A DNA stretch of 64,000 bases from Polyangiales bacterium (GTDB lineage Bacteria > Myxococcota_A > Polyangia > Polyangiales > Polyangiaceae), in contig JBBRNJ010000016.1 of the NCBI GenBank assembly GCA_038230375.1, positions 1 through 64,000 on the forward strand. The letters run 5' to 3'. The notes beneath the pieces are model-generated. The model was not told the DNA's origin. It was given only the letters and a program-made list of their open reading frames with translations, and ran no database searches. Numbering within the stretch: the first letter of the stretch is position 1; every line of letters starts with the position of its first letter. The translations under genes and the position numbers were made by a program. Of this stretch, positions 9,515 through 19,436 are shown one piece after another.

Positions 9515-11269
9515 TCAGCCCGGCGCGCCGTTCGAAAGCTTCTCGAGCGGGATCTCACGCGATCCCGAGCGGGACTCGTTGATGTTTGCGGGCGGCGGCG
9601 CGCCGCGTTCCTGCGTGGGCGCGGGGCGCTCCGGATCGCCCGGCGGGGTGTTGGGCGGCAGGTGGCCCGGGTCCACCGGCTTGGGCGCGTTGTTCAGGAT
9701 GTAGGGGTAGGCGTTCATCGTGGTGCAGGCGATGGCCTCTTCGCGGTGGAACTCCCAGTGGAGGTACACGTTGCCATCACCCGACAAGATGGCGGAGGGC
9801 GCAGGGCCGAACGGCGACGCGCGCTGGACGGAGTCGAGCGCGGCGATGTCGAACGCGGTGACGCCGCTGGGCTTGACGACGCCCATCTTGATGACGCGCC
9901 CCTCCTTCGTGACCACCACTTCCAGCTTGGTGACGAGGCGCTGGTTGTTGAGCGGATGCTCCCTGGGCAGGTTGTCGAGCGAGCCGAGGAAGTTGTCCGC
10001 GAAGATGGGATGAATGCGGTTGTGGATCTGCACCAGGTACGTGCCGAACGGCGACCGCGCGGTGTTGAGCGCGGTCTGGTTGCCCGGCTTCACCGTGGAG
10101 ACGTAGTTCTCGATCGCGTTGCGCCAGCGCTCGAAGTTCGAGGCCTGCCACGAGCCGCGATGCTCGCTGCGACGACGCTCGCCGTCGGCCTCGCGCTCCT
10201 TGCGGAGCTCGTCCTGACCAACGACGGCGACGACGCCCTGCTGCGTGAGGTTCAAGTTGATCTGCCCAGGGCCGACCTGTCCGCCCAGGCCGAGCCACTT
10301 GGTCTGACCAGGCGCGGGGTTCGAGCGCGCGGTCTTTCCCTGACCAGGCTCGAGCGCGGAGCCAAGGCCTGCGCCAGGCCGCACGGGATTGAACGACCAG
10401 TTGCCGTCTGCGCCCTGCGCGACCTCTGGCGACGGCGGTGATGCGCCGCCCTGCGCGAGCTCCGGCTGTGTGGCGGCCTTTGCCTCTTGCGGCGTGCGAC
10501 CGTCACCACCGGCGCGCGGCGGCTCCTGGCTCGGCTGCGCCTTGATCGCCACGGGGCCCATGGGGCGCTCGGGCATGGGCATGCGCTGGACGTCGAACTC
10601 GGTGCCGCGCTCGCCGGGGCGGCGGTTCTGTTCGCCCTTGTGGTCTTCGCTGTCGGCAACGCGCGTCTTCTCGCTGTCGCCTGGCTGCCCGTTGGGGCCT
10701 GCGTGGTTGCCGCCGGGCGTGGGGTTCTTGTCGTCCTGATCGTGTGAGGTGACCGTGGCAACGGACTCCTCCTTCACGTGGTTCGCCTCGTCGCCGATGA
10801 AGCGCGCCTCCGGGTTGTCCTCTTGCGCCGGCGTGACGTGCTGCTTCACCGCGATGCGCTTGTCCTTCAGCGGAATGGGCGGCGGCTCCAGGGCCTTTGC
10901 CGGATCCTTCGGCGTGACCACGATCTTCACGACCTCCGGCGGCTTCTTGGCTTCGGGCTTCGGCGGCTCGGGCTTCTTCTGGTCGAGCGCGATGTCCTTC
11001 TTCTTCTCTTCCTTCTTCTCGGGCTTGGGCGGAGGCGGCGGCTCGGGCGGCTTCTCTTCGGGCTTCGTGACGGAGTCCGACACGGTGCCGACCTCGAAGG
11101 TCTGCTCGCTGTCGCGAACCGTGTCGCGGATCTGCGAGGCCATGTGCTTCAGGAACGCGTGATCGTCATGCACCTCCGCCACCACGCCGCCGCCTTCGGC
11201 GAACATGAAGTGGGCGCACACTGCCGCGCAGATCCAGAGGATGAGCGGTGTGCTGGGCGTGTCACGCAT
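9515..11269 (-). CDS. TonB C-terminal domain protein (energy transducer-like)
   Basis: N-terminal TM segment, long Pro/Lys/Glu linker, and SGVTAFDIAALDSVQRASPFGPAP. AGGAGG lies upstream of the ATG at 11269. Confidence 0.8.
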   Translation of the reverse strand: MRDTPSTPLILWICAAVCAHFMFAEGGGVVAEVHDDHAFLKHMASQIRDTVRDSEQTFEVGTVSDSVTKPEEKPPEPPPPPKPEKKEEKKKDIALDQKKPEPPKPEAKKPPEVVKIVVTPKDPAKALEPPPIPLKDKRIAVKQHVTPAQEDNPEARFIGDEANHVKEESVATVTSHDQDDKNPTPGGNHAGPNGQPGDSEKTRVADSEDHKGEQNRRPGERGTEFDVQRMPMPERPMGPVAIKAQPSQEPPRAGGDGRTPQEAKAATQPELAQGGASPPSPEVAQGADGNWSFNPVRPGAGLGSALEPGQGKTARSNPAPGQTKWLGLGGQVGPGQINLNLTQQGVVAVVGQDELRKEREADGERRRSEHRGSWQASNFERWRNAIENYVSTVKPGNQTALNTARSPFGTYLVQIHNRIHPIFADNFLGSLDNLPREHPLNNQRLVTKLEVVVTKEGRVIKMGVVKPSGVTAFDIAALDSVQRASPFGPAPSAILSGDGNVYLHWEFHREEAIACTTMNAYPYILNNAPKPVDPGHLPPNTPPGDPERPAPTQERGAPPPANINESRSGSREIPLEKLSNGAPG

Positions 11270-11439
11270 GGACGTACTCGTTCCTCCTTCCGTACAAAAG
11301 GTAGCACCTCGATCCCCCCGGTACCATCGACCGTCCGACATTACGTCGCGTCCATGTAGGTGGGGCAAAGAAGCCGATCCGGATCACTTCCAGACGACGA
11401 ACGGGCCCATTCTCCACAGGCGAGGCGAGGCGTGTTGCC

Positions 11440-12249
11440 TCAGTCGCCGTCCAGGTCCAGGGCTCTGTGATCCGTGGCGATGTTGATCGCGCTGAGGTCA
11501 CGGTTGTTACTGAGCTCGCTCCACAGGCCCCACGCGCGCACCTTGCGCTCCAGGTAGAGCACGCGCTCCGCGCAGCGCGCGATCGCGTGGAGGTTGTGCG
11601 TGACCAGGATCGCGGCGATGGTCTCGCTTGCGCTGATCTCCGCCATGAGCTCGATGATGGCCGCGCGGCCGTTCACGTCGACGCCGGCGGTGGGCTCGTC
11701 CAGGATCAAGAGCTCGGGCTTCGTGGCGAGCGCGCGCGCAAGGAACACGCGCTGCGTCTCGCCGCCGGAGAGGTTCTTCATCTCGCTGTTCGCGAGCCTG
11801 GCGGCGCCGGTGCGCTCGAGCATGCGCATGGCGATCTCGCGCTCTTCCTTCTTGATGAAGAGGGGCCACTTGCCGCGGAGGCTCGCCACGATGACGTCGA
11901 CCGGCGTGGCCGGGAAATCGCGGTCGAAGCGCTTCAGCTGCGGCACGTAGCCGATCTTCTTTCGCCCCTCTGCGATGGGCAGATCGCCGATCATGATCTG
12001 TCCGCTCGTCACGGGCACCAGGCCCAGGATGGCCTTGAGCAGTGTGCTCTTGCCCGCGCCATTGGGGCCGCACAGACAGAGGAACTCACCCACGGGCACG
12101 TGGAACGTCACGTCCTCGACGGCCGTCTTGTTCCTGAACTTCACCGTGACGTTCTTCACGTCCAGCACGCGCGGCACGCGTGACGAAGGCTCCGTCCCCT
12201 CGACGTAGAGCCCGATCGACGGCGGTGCGTCGGAGACCCCTCCGCTCAT
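11440..12249 (-). CDS. Metal (Zn/Mn) ABC transporter ATP-binding protein, ZnuC-like
   Basis: GPNGAGKST, IGYVPQ, LSGGETQR, LILDEPT, VTHN. ATGA overlap with the binding-protein stop. Confidence 0.9.
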   Translation of the reverse strand: MSGGVSDAPPSIGLYVEGTEPSSRVPRVLDVKNVTVKFRNKTAVEDVTFHVPVGEFLCLCGPNGAGKSTLLKAILGLVPVTSGQIMIGDLPIAEGRKKIGYVPQLKRFDRDFPATPVDVIVASLRGKWPLFIKKEEREIAMRMLERTGAARLANSEMKNLSGGETQRVFLARALATKPELLILDEPTAGVDVNGRAAIIELMAEISASETIAAILVTHNLHAIARCAERVLYLERKVRAWGLWSELSNNRDLSAINIATDHRALDLDGD

Positions 12250-13202
12250 TTCAGATATTTCTCGAGCGACGCCATGTCGAAGCGAAGCATCTTCTCGTAG
12301 GTGTCGGTGTCCGTGGTGCTGCCGCCGACGGGGTCGAGTACGCCGAGCGGGATCTTCCCCTCGTCCGCGAGGATCTGCGCGGGCCGCGCGTCCAGCTGCG
12401 GCTCCGAGAACAGCGCGGGCACCTTCTTCGCCTTCACCGTGGCGAGCACCTTGGAGATGTACTTGCTGTCCGGCGTGGAGCCCGGATACGGCTCGATCAC
12501 CGCAAGGATCTGCAGCTTGTAGCGATCCGCGAAGTAGCCAAAGCTCCCGTGGAACGTGATGAAGCCCTTTGTCTTGAGCGCCGCGGTCCGCGTCTCCAGA
12601 TCCTTGTCCAGCTTGTCCAGCTCCGCGTCCAGTGCGTCCGCGCGCTCGCGATAGCCGGCGCCGTGCGGCCCATCCGCGCGTGAGAGCTCCTCTGCGATCT
12701 GCTTCACGATCAGCCGCGCGCGCTGCGGATCGAGCCACACGTGCGGGTCCGTTGCGCCCTTTTCGTGATCGTGATCCTCCTCGCCACCGTCGCGCGCGGC
12801 GTCCGCCTCCTCGTCACCGAGCACGTCTGCCTTGATGGTGATGGTGGGCACGCGATCGCCTGCCTTCAGCACGCGCGCCTGCGGTGCCGCTTCCTTCACA
12901 AGCTTCTCCATCCACGTGTCCAGGCCAAGCCCCACCATCACGGCCACCTTCGCCTGCGCGACAGTGGCGACGTCCTTCGGTGTGGGATCGAACGTGTGCT
13001 CGTTCTTGCCTGGCGGTAGCAACAGCGTGACATCCGCGTCCGGGCCCGCCACGCGCCGCGTGAGATCGTAGAGCGGGAAGATGGAGACGACGACCTTGGG
13101 CTTCTCTGGGCCCGACGTGCTGCCCTTCCCGCAAGAGCCGCTGCATGCGGACAGGAGGAGCGAGAGACCAAGGACCGTGGCGTGAGCTTTCTCTATCTTC
13201 AC
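12246..13202 (-). CDS. Metal ABC transporter substrate-binding lipoprotein, ZnuA/AdcA-like
   Basis: EHTFDPTP, acidic/His loop EEDHDHE, DPHVWLDP, FHGSFGYF. Confidence 0.9.
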   Translation of the reverse strand: MKIEKAHATVLGLSLLLSACSGSCGKGSTSGPEKPKVVVSIFPLYDLTRRVAGPDADVTLLLPPGKNEHTFDPTPKDVATVAQAKVAVMVGLGLDTWMEKLVKEAAPQARVLKAGDRVPTITIKADVLGDEEADAARDGGEEDHDHEKGATDPHVWLDPQRARLIVKQIAEELSRADGPHGAGYRERADALDAELDKLDKDLETRTAALKTKGFITFHGSFGYFADRYKLQILAVIEPYPGSTPDSKYISKVLATVKAKKVPALFSEPQLDARPAQILADEGKIPLGVLDPVGGSTTDTDTYEKMLRFDMASLEKYLK

Positions 13203-13216
13203 AGACGACGAAGCTA

Positions 13217-14413
13217 TCAGGGCGACCCCGCGAAGCGGAAGTAGAGGAAGAGCAGCAGCACACCACCCACGAAAAATGCAGCGAACGTCACGCCGGCGAC
13301 CTTCCCGAAGGAGCCACCCTGTACGCCGATGCCTCCATCACTGACCTGCTCGCGCGCGGATCTGGTCGCGGAGATGGGCCCGGAGATCGGCCCGGAGATG
13401 GGCAAAGATGCGGGCCCTGACAGATTTGGTGAGGTCGCCTGCACCGGCTGCGGCGCGGGCGCTGGCGTGGCGTTCGACCCGGGTGGAGCGGTGCCGAGCC
13501 CAGGGGTGGTGCTCATGCGCTGCGGACCAAACTCCTCCGGCGCGAACGGCGAGAGCGCCACGGCCAGGTCCTCCACGTTCTGAAAGCGCGCGGCTGGGTT
13601 CTTCTCCAGGCATCGCATGACGATGGCGATGAACTCCGGCGGGAGATCCGCGCGCAGGCTGGGGAGCGGCGTGGGCGCTGTCTGATAGACCGCGAGGAAG
13701 AGCGCGCCCAGCGTGTCGGCCTCGAAGGGCATCTTGCCGGTGACGAGCTCGTAGAGGATGACGCCGAGCGACCACACGTCCGTGAGGTGGCTCACGTCCT
13801 TGGGCGACGTCATCTGCTCCGGCGACATGTAATAGGGCGAGCCAAGGAGCGCGTTCGTCTTCGTGGCTGACAGCGACGCATCGCCCATGGCCACGCCCTT
13901 GGAGATGCCGAAATCAAGCACCTTCACGAGCGGCCGTCCGTTGGGCCTGTGCGTGAGGAACAGGTTCGCGGGCTTCAGATCGCGATGCACGATGCCGCTG
14001 CGGTGCGCCTCTGCGAGCCCCTCGCATGCCTGCAGCACGTAGGCGGCCGCCTCGGATGCGGAGATGCGTGGGCCGTTGTCGATGCGGTGCCGGAGATCGT
14101 TCCCCTCGAGGAGCTCCATCACGATGAATGGCTGCCCGGTCTCCAGTGTGCCCAGGTCCGACACGCGCACGATGTGCTCGCTCTTCAGGCGCGCGACGAT
14201 CTTCGCCTCACGCAGGAAGCGCGCGACGGCCTCTGCGCTCTGTAGCGCCTCCGGCAGCATGAACTTCACGGCGACGGGCTGGTCGAGCTCCACATGCGTG
14301 GCCCGCACCACCGCGCCCATGCCACCCACGCCGAGCACGCGCTCGACCCGGTACTTCTTCGCGATGATCTGCCCTTCTTGAACGGGCGAATGCGGCGGAA
14401 GGCTCTCGTTCAC
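13217..14413 (-). CDS. Hanks-type Ser/Thr protein kinase with C-terminal TM helix
   Basis: LGVGGMG, VAVK, HRDLKPANLF, DFGISK, YMSPEQ, DVWSLG. Confidence 0.95.
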   Translation of the reverse strand: MNESLPPHSPVQEGQIIAKKYRVERVLGVGGMGAVVRATHVELDQPVAVKFMLPEALQSAEAVARFLREAKIVARLKSEHIVRVSDLGTLETGQPFIVMELLEGNDLRHRIDNGPRISASEAAAYVLQACEGLAEAHRSGIVHRDLKPANLFLTHRPNGRPLVKVLDFGISKGVAMGDASLSATKTNALLGSPYYMSPEQMTSPKDVSHLTDVWSLGVILYELVTGKMPFEADTLGALFLAVYQTAPTPLPSLRADLPPEFIAIVMRCLEKNPAARFQNVEDLAVALSPFAPEEFGPQRMSTTPGLGTAPPGSNATPAPAPQPVQATSPNLSGPASLPISGPISGPISATRSAREQVSDGGIGVQGGSFGKVAGVTFAAFFVGGVLLLFLYFRFAGSP

Positions 14414-14455
14414 GCTGTCCCGAGGCTATCACGGAGCGCCCCGCAGAGCGTCTCT

Positions 14456-14506
14456 CTCTACGCCAGCCTCTACGCCAGGCCTCTACGCCAGGCCTCTACG
14501 CCAGGC
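14456..14506. repeat. Four tandem copies of CTCTACGCCAG(G)C (12-13 bp)
   Basis: Read directly. The unit contains the stop codon of the 14496..14954 gene. Confidence 0.9.
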
Positions 14507-14954
14507 CCGACGCGGCGGCGTACTCGAGGCGACGGCGCGGATCTTCGAGGGCGGCCAGGAAGTCCGCGAGCGAGGTGAGGCGCACGTCGGCGAGGGCCGC
14601 CGAGAGGAAGACCTCGTGGGGATAGATCCCGGCAAGAACACGCTCACGTTGCGCGCCCAGCCAGCGCGCCGTTGCACCGAGGAACGCGATGAACCGATCG
14701 GACGTGGTGGCGGATGCTGCGCTGACCAGCTCCTCTGTCAGGCGCGACTCCTTGACGTCGAGCGGGGCCCTTACTTCGTCAGAGAGCGTCAACACCACCG
14801 CAACGCCGCCAGCCTCGGAGCGTGCCTCGAGGGCGACGCCGTCGGGGAGCGTCCTCATCGCTTCGTTGATCGTGCGTGCGCATTCTCTCGCGTCCATGGA
14901 TCGTCCAGACAGCCTAACGCGTGTGTAGGGCCCGAAGTGTGCTTCGGCACGCAA
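14496..14954 (-). CDS. Hypothetical protein
   Basis: ORF co-oriented with its neighbours. The start may be TTG 14954 (TACTTT 6 nt upstream) or ATG 14898. Confidence 0.55.
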   Translation of the reverse strand: MRAEAHFGPYTRVRLSGRSMDARECARTINEAMRTLPDGVALEARSEAGGVAVVLTLSDEVRAPLDVKESRLTEELVSAASATTSDRFIAFLGATARWLGAQRERVLAGIYPHEVFLSAALADVRLTSLADFLAALEDPRRRLEYAAASGLA

Positions 14955-14987
14955 TGGCAGAAAGTATCCCCTCGCGCGTGAATGCTC

Positions 14988-15341
14988 TCAAGCCTTTGGT
15001 GGCAGCAGCGTCTTCCAGATCTTCTCTGCGTCGCCCACGGCAGCTCGCGCTCCGTCGCGTACGATGGGCGTGCGGAGGAGCAGCGGGTCCGTGAGCAGCA
15101 GCTCCGTGATGCGCTCGTCGCTGGGCGCGGAGTGCTGGAGGCCGCGCTCTTTCACCCGCGGTGAGTCCGCCGCGTAGAGCTCGCGCACGCCGCCAACGGC
15201 CTTCGCGACGCTCTCGAGCTCGCCCTTCGAGAGGCTCTTCTCGCGCAGCTCCACGAACTGCACCTTGATGCTGCGGTCCGCGAAGAAGCGCTGCGCTGCG
15301 CGCGTCACCTTGCATTTGGCAGTGCCGAAGATCTGGATCAT
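14988..15341 (-). CDS. ArsC/Spx/YffB-family protein
   Basis: IQIFGTAKC..TR.A.RFF and DPLLLRTPIV; 117 aa. Confidence 0.85.
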   Translation of the reverse strand: MIQIFGTAKCKVTRAAQRFFADRSIKVQFVELREKSLSKGELESVAKAVGGVRELYAADSPRVKERGLQHSAPSDERITELLLTDPLLLRTPIVRDGARAAVGDAEKIWKTLLPPKA

Positions 15342-15347
15342 GTCGTG

Positions 15348-15710
15348 TCAGCGGCGGTGGTGGTGATAGCCGCGGTGAGGGCCGTAGTAGTGCGTGTACG
15401 GCCGAACTCCACGATACCGGTATCCGTAGTGCCCGTACCAGACCCGATACTGGGGCGCGTAGAGACGCCAGTGATTCACGTACACGCCGTAGTACGGAGA
15501 CTCCACCGGCACCCACACGGGCACGCCCTCCGCGTAGTAATACGGATGCCCGTACGCGTCGTAGTAGACGACATATCCGTCGTAGTACTGCGGCTCGTAG
15601 CCACGCTCCTCGTAGTAGACCGGCTCTTCGACGTAACAACCGCCCACGGTGAGCGCCGACGTCGCCAGCATCACTGTCAGCACGAGCTTGCCGATGGTTC
15701 GAACGCGCAT
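15348..15710 (-). CDS. Small Tyr-rich lipoprotein
   Basis: Lipobox VGGC followed by a Tyr/Gly/Arg/His-rich body. TAAACT lies 7 nt upstream of the ATG. Confidence 0.75.
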   Translation of the reverse strand: MRVRTIGKLVLTVMLATSALTVGGCYVEEPVYYEERGYEPQYYDGYVVYYDAYGHPYYYAEGVPVWVPVESPYYGVYVNHWRLYAPQYRVWYGHYGYRYRGVRPYTHYYGPHRGYHHHRR

Positions 15711-15748
15711 GCGTGCGAGTTTAACCACTGCGCCGTACGCGGACCACC

Positions 15749-17053
15749 TCAGAAGAACTGGTACACGCCGAAGTTGGGCTCCGCGTGCGGGTTCTCGAAC
15801 GGGATCGCAAGGTCTGCGCGAAGGCCCGTTCCAACGAACTTCGGGACCAGCACGCGGATGCCCACACCCGCGGAGAAGAGCGCGTGCGGGGAGTCCTGCG
15901 AAAGGTTGCCATCCGTGAACGCGACCGGCATGAACGCGACCCATGTGGAGTCGTACGCCACGTAGCGGCACTCGGCGTTGTAGAGCATGTACCCGTTCGT
16001 GCGGACGAAGTTGTCCTGGTAGCCGCGGAGCAGATCCAGCCCGCCCACGTACAGCCGGAGGTGCGGTGGCACGTGCGAGATGTTCGCGAGCCGCGCGCGC
16101 AACGCGAGATTGATGCGCGAGCCGATGGTGACGAAGCGCAGCACCTCGACCGTGGTCTGCGTGTACGTCGGCGCGCTCTCAGAGTCGGTGATGCCGAAGC
16201 CCTGACGCAGCTCCACGCTGCCGCCCTTCTGCATGAGGCGCACGGTGTCCACGCGGCCCAGGCGGATGTTCGGCTCGAAGAGCACCGTGTTCGTGGCCGC
16301 CGGCAGGTTGCTCGGCGGATCGAGCGGCGGCAGGAAGCGATCCATGAAGCCGTCCACGCGCATGCCCAGCCGCAGCGAATCGTCGTTCACGAGCGTGGCC
16401 ATTTCCAGGCGCGCGAGCGTCCGCTGATCGGAAAAGTCCGGGCGCGGTCGCACCAGGCGCTCCAGCTGGAACGTGGTCTCGATGCGGCGATTGAACGTGC
16501 GCGGATCACGCAGGATCATCTGCCCACCGTGGAAGCCGTCGAAGTACTGGTACTGGGCCTGAGCCTCCAGGAAGCGCCCCGCGACGTTGTTGTCTGCTGC
16601 GCCCACGCGAAAGGTGAACGCGCTTCCGCCCGCGCCGTAGCCGAGCAGCGGGTTGAGCGTCCAGCGGTCCTCGAGATCGAAGACCGCGAGCACCTGCCCA
16701 CCGCCCTTCTTCCTGACCACGCGCGCCTTCACGTGCGCGAAGATGGTGGTGTTCCACAGCCGCGTGACCGCCAGATCCAGCTGCTCGCGCGTGATCGTGT
16801 CACCCGCCGCGAAGCCCAGCTCGCGATTCACCACGAAGGGCTTCGTGCGCGTGAGCCCGTTCACGATCACCGTGTCGATCTTCGCGGGCAGCTCCACGGC
16901 CTCCTCACCAGGCTCGGGTGGCGAGAGGCCCTCGTGGACGGGCGGCGCCGGCGTGGGCGGCTCCATCTCGGTGCCCGCAGGGGCATCCGCGCGCGCGTTC
17001 GCGCTCACGAACAGCCAGGCCAGGATCAGAAGCACGCACGAGCGCAGCTTCAT
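15749..17053 (-). CDS. Omp85 (BamA/TamA-like) protein with a single POTRA domain
   Basis: GLTRTKPFVVNREL POTRA start, YVGGLDLLRGY loop-6 motif, SAGVGIR, terminal YQFF. Confidence 0.8.
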   Translation of the reverse strand: MKLRSCVLLILAWLFVSANARADAPAGTEMEPPTPAPPVHEGLSPPEPGEEAVELPAKIDTVIVNGLTRTKPFVVNRELGFAAGDTITREQLDLAVTRLWNTTIFAHVKARVVRKKGGGQVLAVFDLEDRWTLNPLLGYGAGGSAFTFRVGAADNNVAGRFLEAQAQYQYFDGFHGGQMILRDPRTFNRRIETTFQLERLVRPRPDFSDQRTLARLEMATLVNDDSLRLGMRVDGFMDRFLPPLDPPSNLPAATNTVLFEPNIRLGRVDTVRLMQKGGSVELRQGFGITDSESAPTYTQTTVEVLRFVTIGSRINLALRARLANISHVPPHLRLYVGGLDLLRGYQDNFVRTNGYMLYNAECRYVAYDSTWVAFMPVAFTDGNLSQDSPHALFSAGVGIRVLVPKFVGTGLRADLAIPFENPHAEPNFGVYQFF

Positions 17054-18522
17054 TTCACGGAGACGTCGACCACGGCGCGGAACAGCGAGCGCAGGCCCCG
17101 CTTCACGTTCTCCACGCTCACGCGCTCGTCCCTGCCGTGGAAGTAGGCGAGCTCCTCCTTGCTGATCTCGAACGGTACGAACCCATACGCGTGCACGCCC
17201 TTGTTGCGAAGGAAGAGCGAGTCCGTGTACCCGGGCGACAGGGCCGGCCCCGCGACCACGCCAGCGCGGCCATCCACGGCGTGCTTCGCGAGAGCGTCGA
17301 AGAAGGGATCGTCCCACGGGCTCCCGTTGCCGCCGTGCGCGTCGATCACCTCGAACGTGATGTTCGGATCGTCGACGGTCTTCTTGATCTCCTCGAGCCA
17401 TTTCTCCGGAGACGTTCCCGGGAGCACGCGTCCGTCGATGATCGCGGACACCTCGCTCGGGATCACGTTCGGCGCCTTCATGCCAGTGAAGCCGGTGATG
17501 TTCACCGTGTTGAAGAGCGTCGCGCGCGCCGCAGGATTCTCCATCAGCTGATCCAGCACCAGGCGGTCCACCAGCCACGGCCGCGTGAGCACGAAGCCAG
17601 TGATGCCGCCGTGCTCGTGGCCCACGCGCGCGGCCAGCTCGTAGAGCGACGGATGAATGAGCGGCTCGTCCTGACGCGCCTTGAGCTTGCGGATCGCCAT
17701 GATCAGCCGATCGGGCGCGCGACCGGGCGCTGGCGTGGAGCCGTGGCCAGCCTCGCCGTGCGCGGTCATCTTCAGCCAGAGCGTGCCCTTCTCGGCCACG
17801 GAGATCGTGTAGACGGTCTGCCCCGGCACCAGCAGATCCTTGATGCCGATGCCGCCTTCATTGACGGACTGCGAGCACTGCAGCTTGTCCCAGTGATGAT
17901 CGACGACGAACTGCGCGCCGCTGGAGTCCGTCTCCTCGCCCGCGACCGCCAGCAAGATCACGCTGCGCTTGAGCGGGACGTTGAGGCGCTTCAAGAGCAC
18001 CATCGTCTCGAGCTCCAGTGCGCCGAGCCCCTTCATGTCCAGCGCGCCGCGCCCCCAGATGTAAGGCTTGTCCTTGTCCGCGCCGAGACCGCCAGGCGCG
18101 ATCGCCCCGGAGAGCGGACCCGTGTCCTTCGGCCACTTCTCGGTCTCCGCGGTCACCACGTCGATGTGCGAGAAGAGGCAGAGCGGCGCTTCGGTGGCGG
18201 TGCCCGGCGGAGGATCCAGGCGCGCGATCAGGTTGCCGCGGCCGGGCGCCGACTCGACGATCGCGTACGGGATCTTCTCGCGGTCCAGGATGTCGGCCAT
18301 GTAGCGCGCGCCGCGTGTCTCGTTGCCGGGCGGGTTGATGGTGTCCACGCGCAGATACCCACGCAGCGTCTCCACCGCCTCGTCGCCTGCCTTGCTCCAG
18401 TCGATCGCATCGTGGAAGCGCGTCGCCGCCACCGGCGAGATCGCCACGGGCCGCTCCGGCAGGGCGCACCCAGGAAGGAGCGATGCAAGAGACAGGGCCG
18501 CGAGCAAGGATCGAGGCTTCAT
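17050..18522 (-). CDS. M20/M25/M40-family metallopeptidase lipoprotein
   Basis: SHIDVV, WGRGALDMKG, GEE, NEGG, AEKG, GHGS, TDS, HGRDER. Confidence 0.92.
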   Translation of the reverse strand: MKPRSLLAALSLASLLPGCALPERPVAISPVAATRFHDAIDWSKAGDEAVETLRGYLRVDTINPPGNETRGARYMADILDREKIPYAIVESAPGRGNLIARLDPPPGTATEAPLCLFSHIDVVTAETEKWPKDTGPLSGAIAPGGLGADKDKPYIWGRGALDMKGLGALELETMVLLKRLNVPLKRSVILLAVAGEETDSSGAQFVVDHHWDKLQCSQSVNEGGIGIKDLLVPGQTVYTISVAEKGTLWLKMTAHGEAGHGSTPAPGRAPDRLIMAIRKLKARQDEPLIHPSLYELAARVGHEHGGITGFVLTRPWLVDRLVLDQLMENPAARATLFNTVNITGFTGMKAPNVIPSEVSAIIDGRVLPGTSPEKWLEEIKKTVDDPNITFEVIDAHGGNGSPWDDPFFDALAKHAVDGRAGVVAGPALSPGYTDSLFLRNKGVHAYGFVPFEISKEELAYFHGRDERVSVENVKRGLRSLFRAVVDVSVK

Positions 18523-18527
18523 GACGC

Positions 18528-19343
18528 TCAGTAGAAGAAGCCGATGCGGAAGAGGTTCAAGTACGGCATCGCGAACTCACCGAACGTGCGCGCCGCCTTG
18601 CGCGCGTTGGAGTCCTCTGTGCCGTCGGAGTTGAGCTCCAGGCTGGCGAACAGCGGCACGGTCACGCCGAAGTCGCCGCCCATCGCGAGCCCGTTCTTCA
18701 GCGTGAACAGTACGCCCGCGCGAAGACCGACCACCATCGCGGTCGAGATGTAGTTCACCTGGGCCCCGAACTTCGTCGAGTCCGCGCGCGAGAACTGATA
18801 GCCCGCAAGCGCGCCCACGAAGATCGGCTTCCACACGAAGTAGCGCGCCTGCGCGTCGACCTGGAGCCACGACAGGGTCGTCGCATCGCCGAATTTCACG
18901 AGCCCCGGCGGCAGATACTCGATCTCTGCACCAAAGCCCCACTGCTTCCAACGGACGAGCGCCTCGAGGGAGAGGACGCGGGGAAGACTGACGATGCCGA
19001 GGGTGCCGCCGTAGCGGACGGAGCGAGGGGGAGGGTCGGAGGAAGGGGAAGGGGAAGGGGTCGAGGTCGAGGCCGAGATCGAGGTCGAGGTCGGGGTCGA
19101 GGTCGAGGTCGGGGTCGAGGTCGGGGTCGAGGTCGGGGTCGAGGTCGGGGTCGGGGTCGGGGTCGAGGTCGAGGTCGACGTCGTCGTCGAAGTCGGTGTC
19201 GTCGTCGTTGTCGGTGTCGTCGTCGTTGTCGCGTCCGTCGCTGTCGGCTCTTGTGCCTTCGCTGCCCCGATCGAAACCAGCGGCACTGTCACCGCCACCA
19301 GCGCGACCAGCCCCGCTCTCCGCGCTGCTTTCACCTTCCCCAT
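18528..19343 (-). CDS. Secreted/outer-membrane protein with a Thr/Ser/Pro linker
   Basis: Signal peptide (AKA-Q), repeat-encoded linker, and a small beta-barrel-like C-terminal domain ending RIGFFY. Confidence 0.75.
   Translation of the reverse strand: MGKVKAARRAGLVALVAVTVPLVSIGAAKAQEPTATDATTTTTPTTTTTPTSTTTSTSTSTPTPTPTSTPTSTPTSTPTSTSTPTSTSISASTSTPSPSPSSDPPPRSVRYGGTLGIVSLPRVLSLEALVRWKQWGFGAEIEYLPPGLVKFGDATTLSWLQVDAQARYFVWKPIFVGALAGYQFSRADSTKFGAQVNYISTAMVVGLRAGVLFTLKNGLAMGGDFGVTVPLFASLELNSDGTEDSNARKAARTFGEFAMPYLNLFRIGFFY
19058..19231. repeat. Degenerate hexamer array (GAGGTC/GGGGTC/GTCGTC) inside a CDS
   Basis: Read directly; encodes TSTPTSTP on the minus strand. Confidence 0.9.
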
Positions 19344-19436
19344 CGAGGCCGCGAGCTATAGCCCACTCCCACGCCGGTTTGCAGCCGAATTTAGCCGTTG
19401 CGCCGATGCGCACCGCTGCTACCGTCCGCGGGCTCG

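Noticed and set aside
14988..15341. Arsenic resistance locus
   Set aside because: A lone ArsC/YffB-like protein with no arsR, arsB or acr3 nearby.
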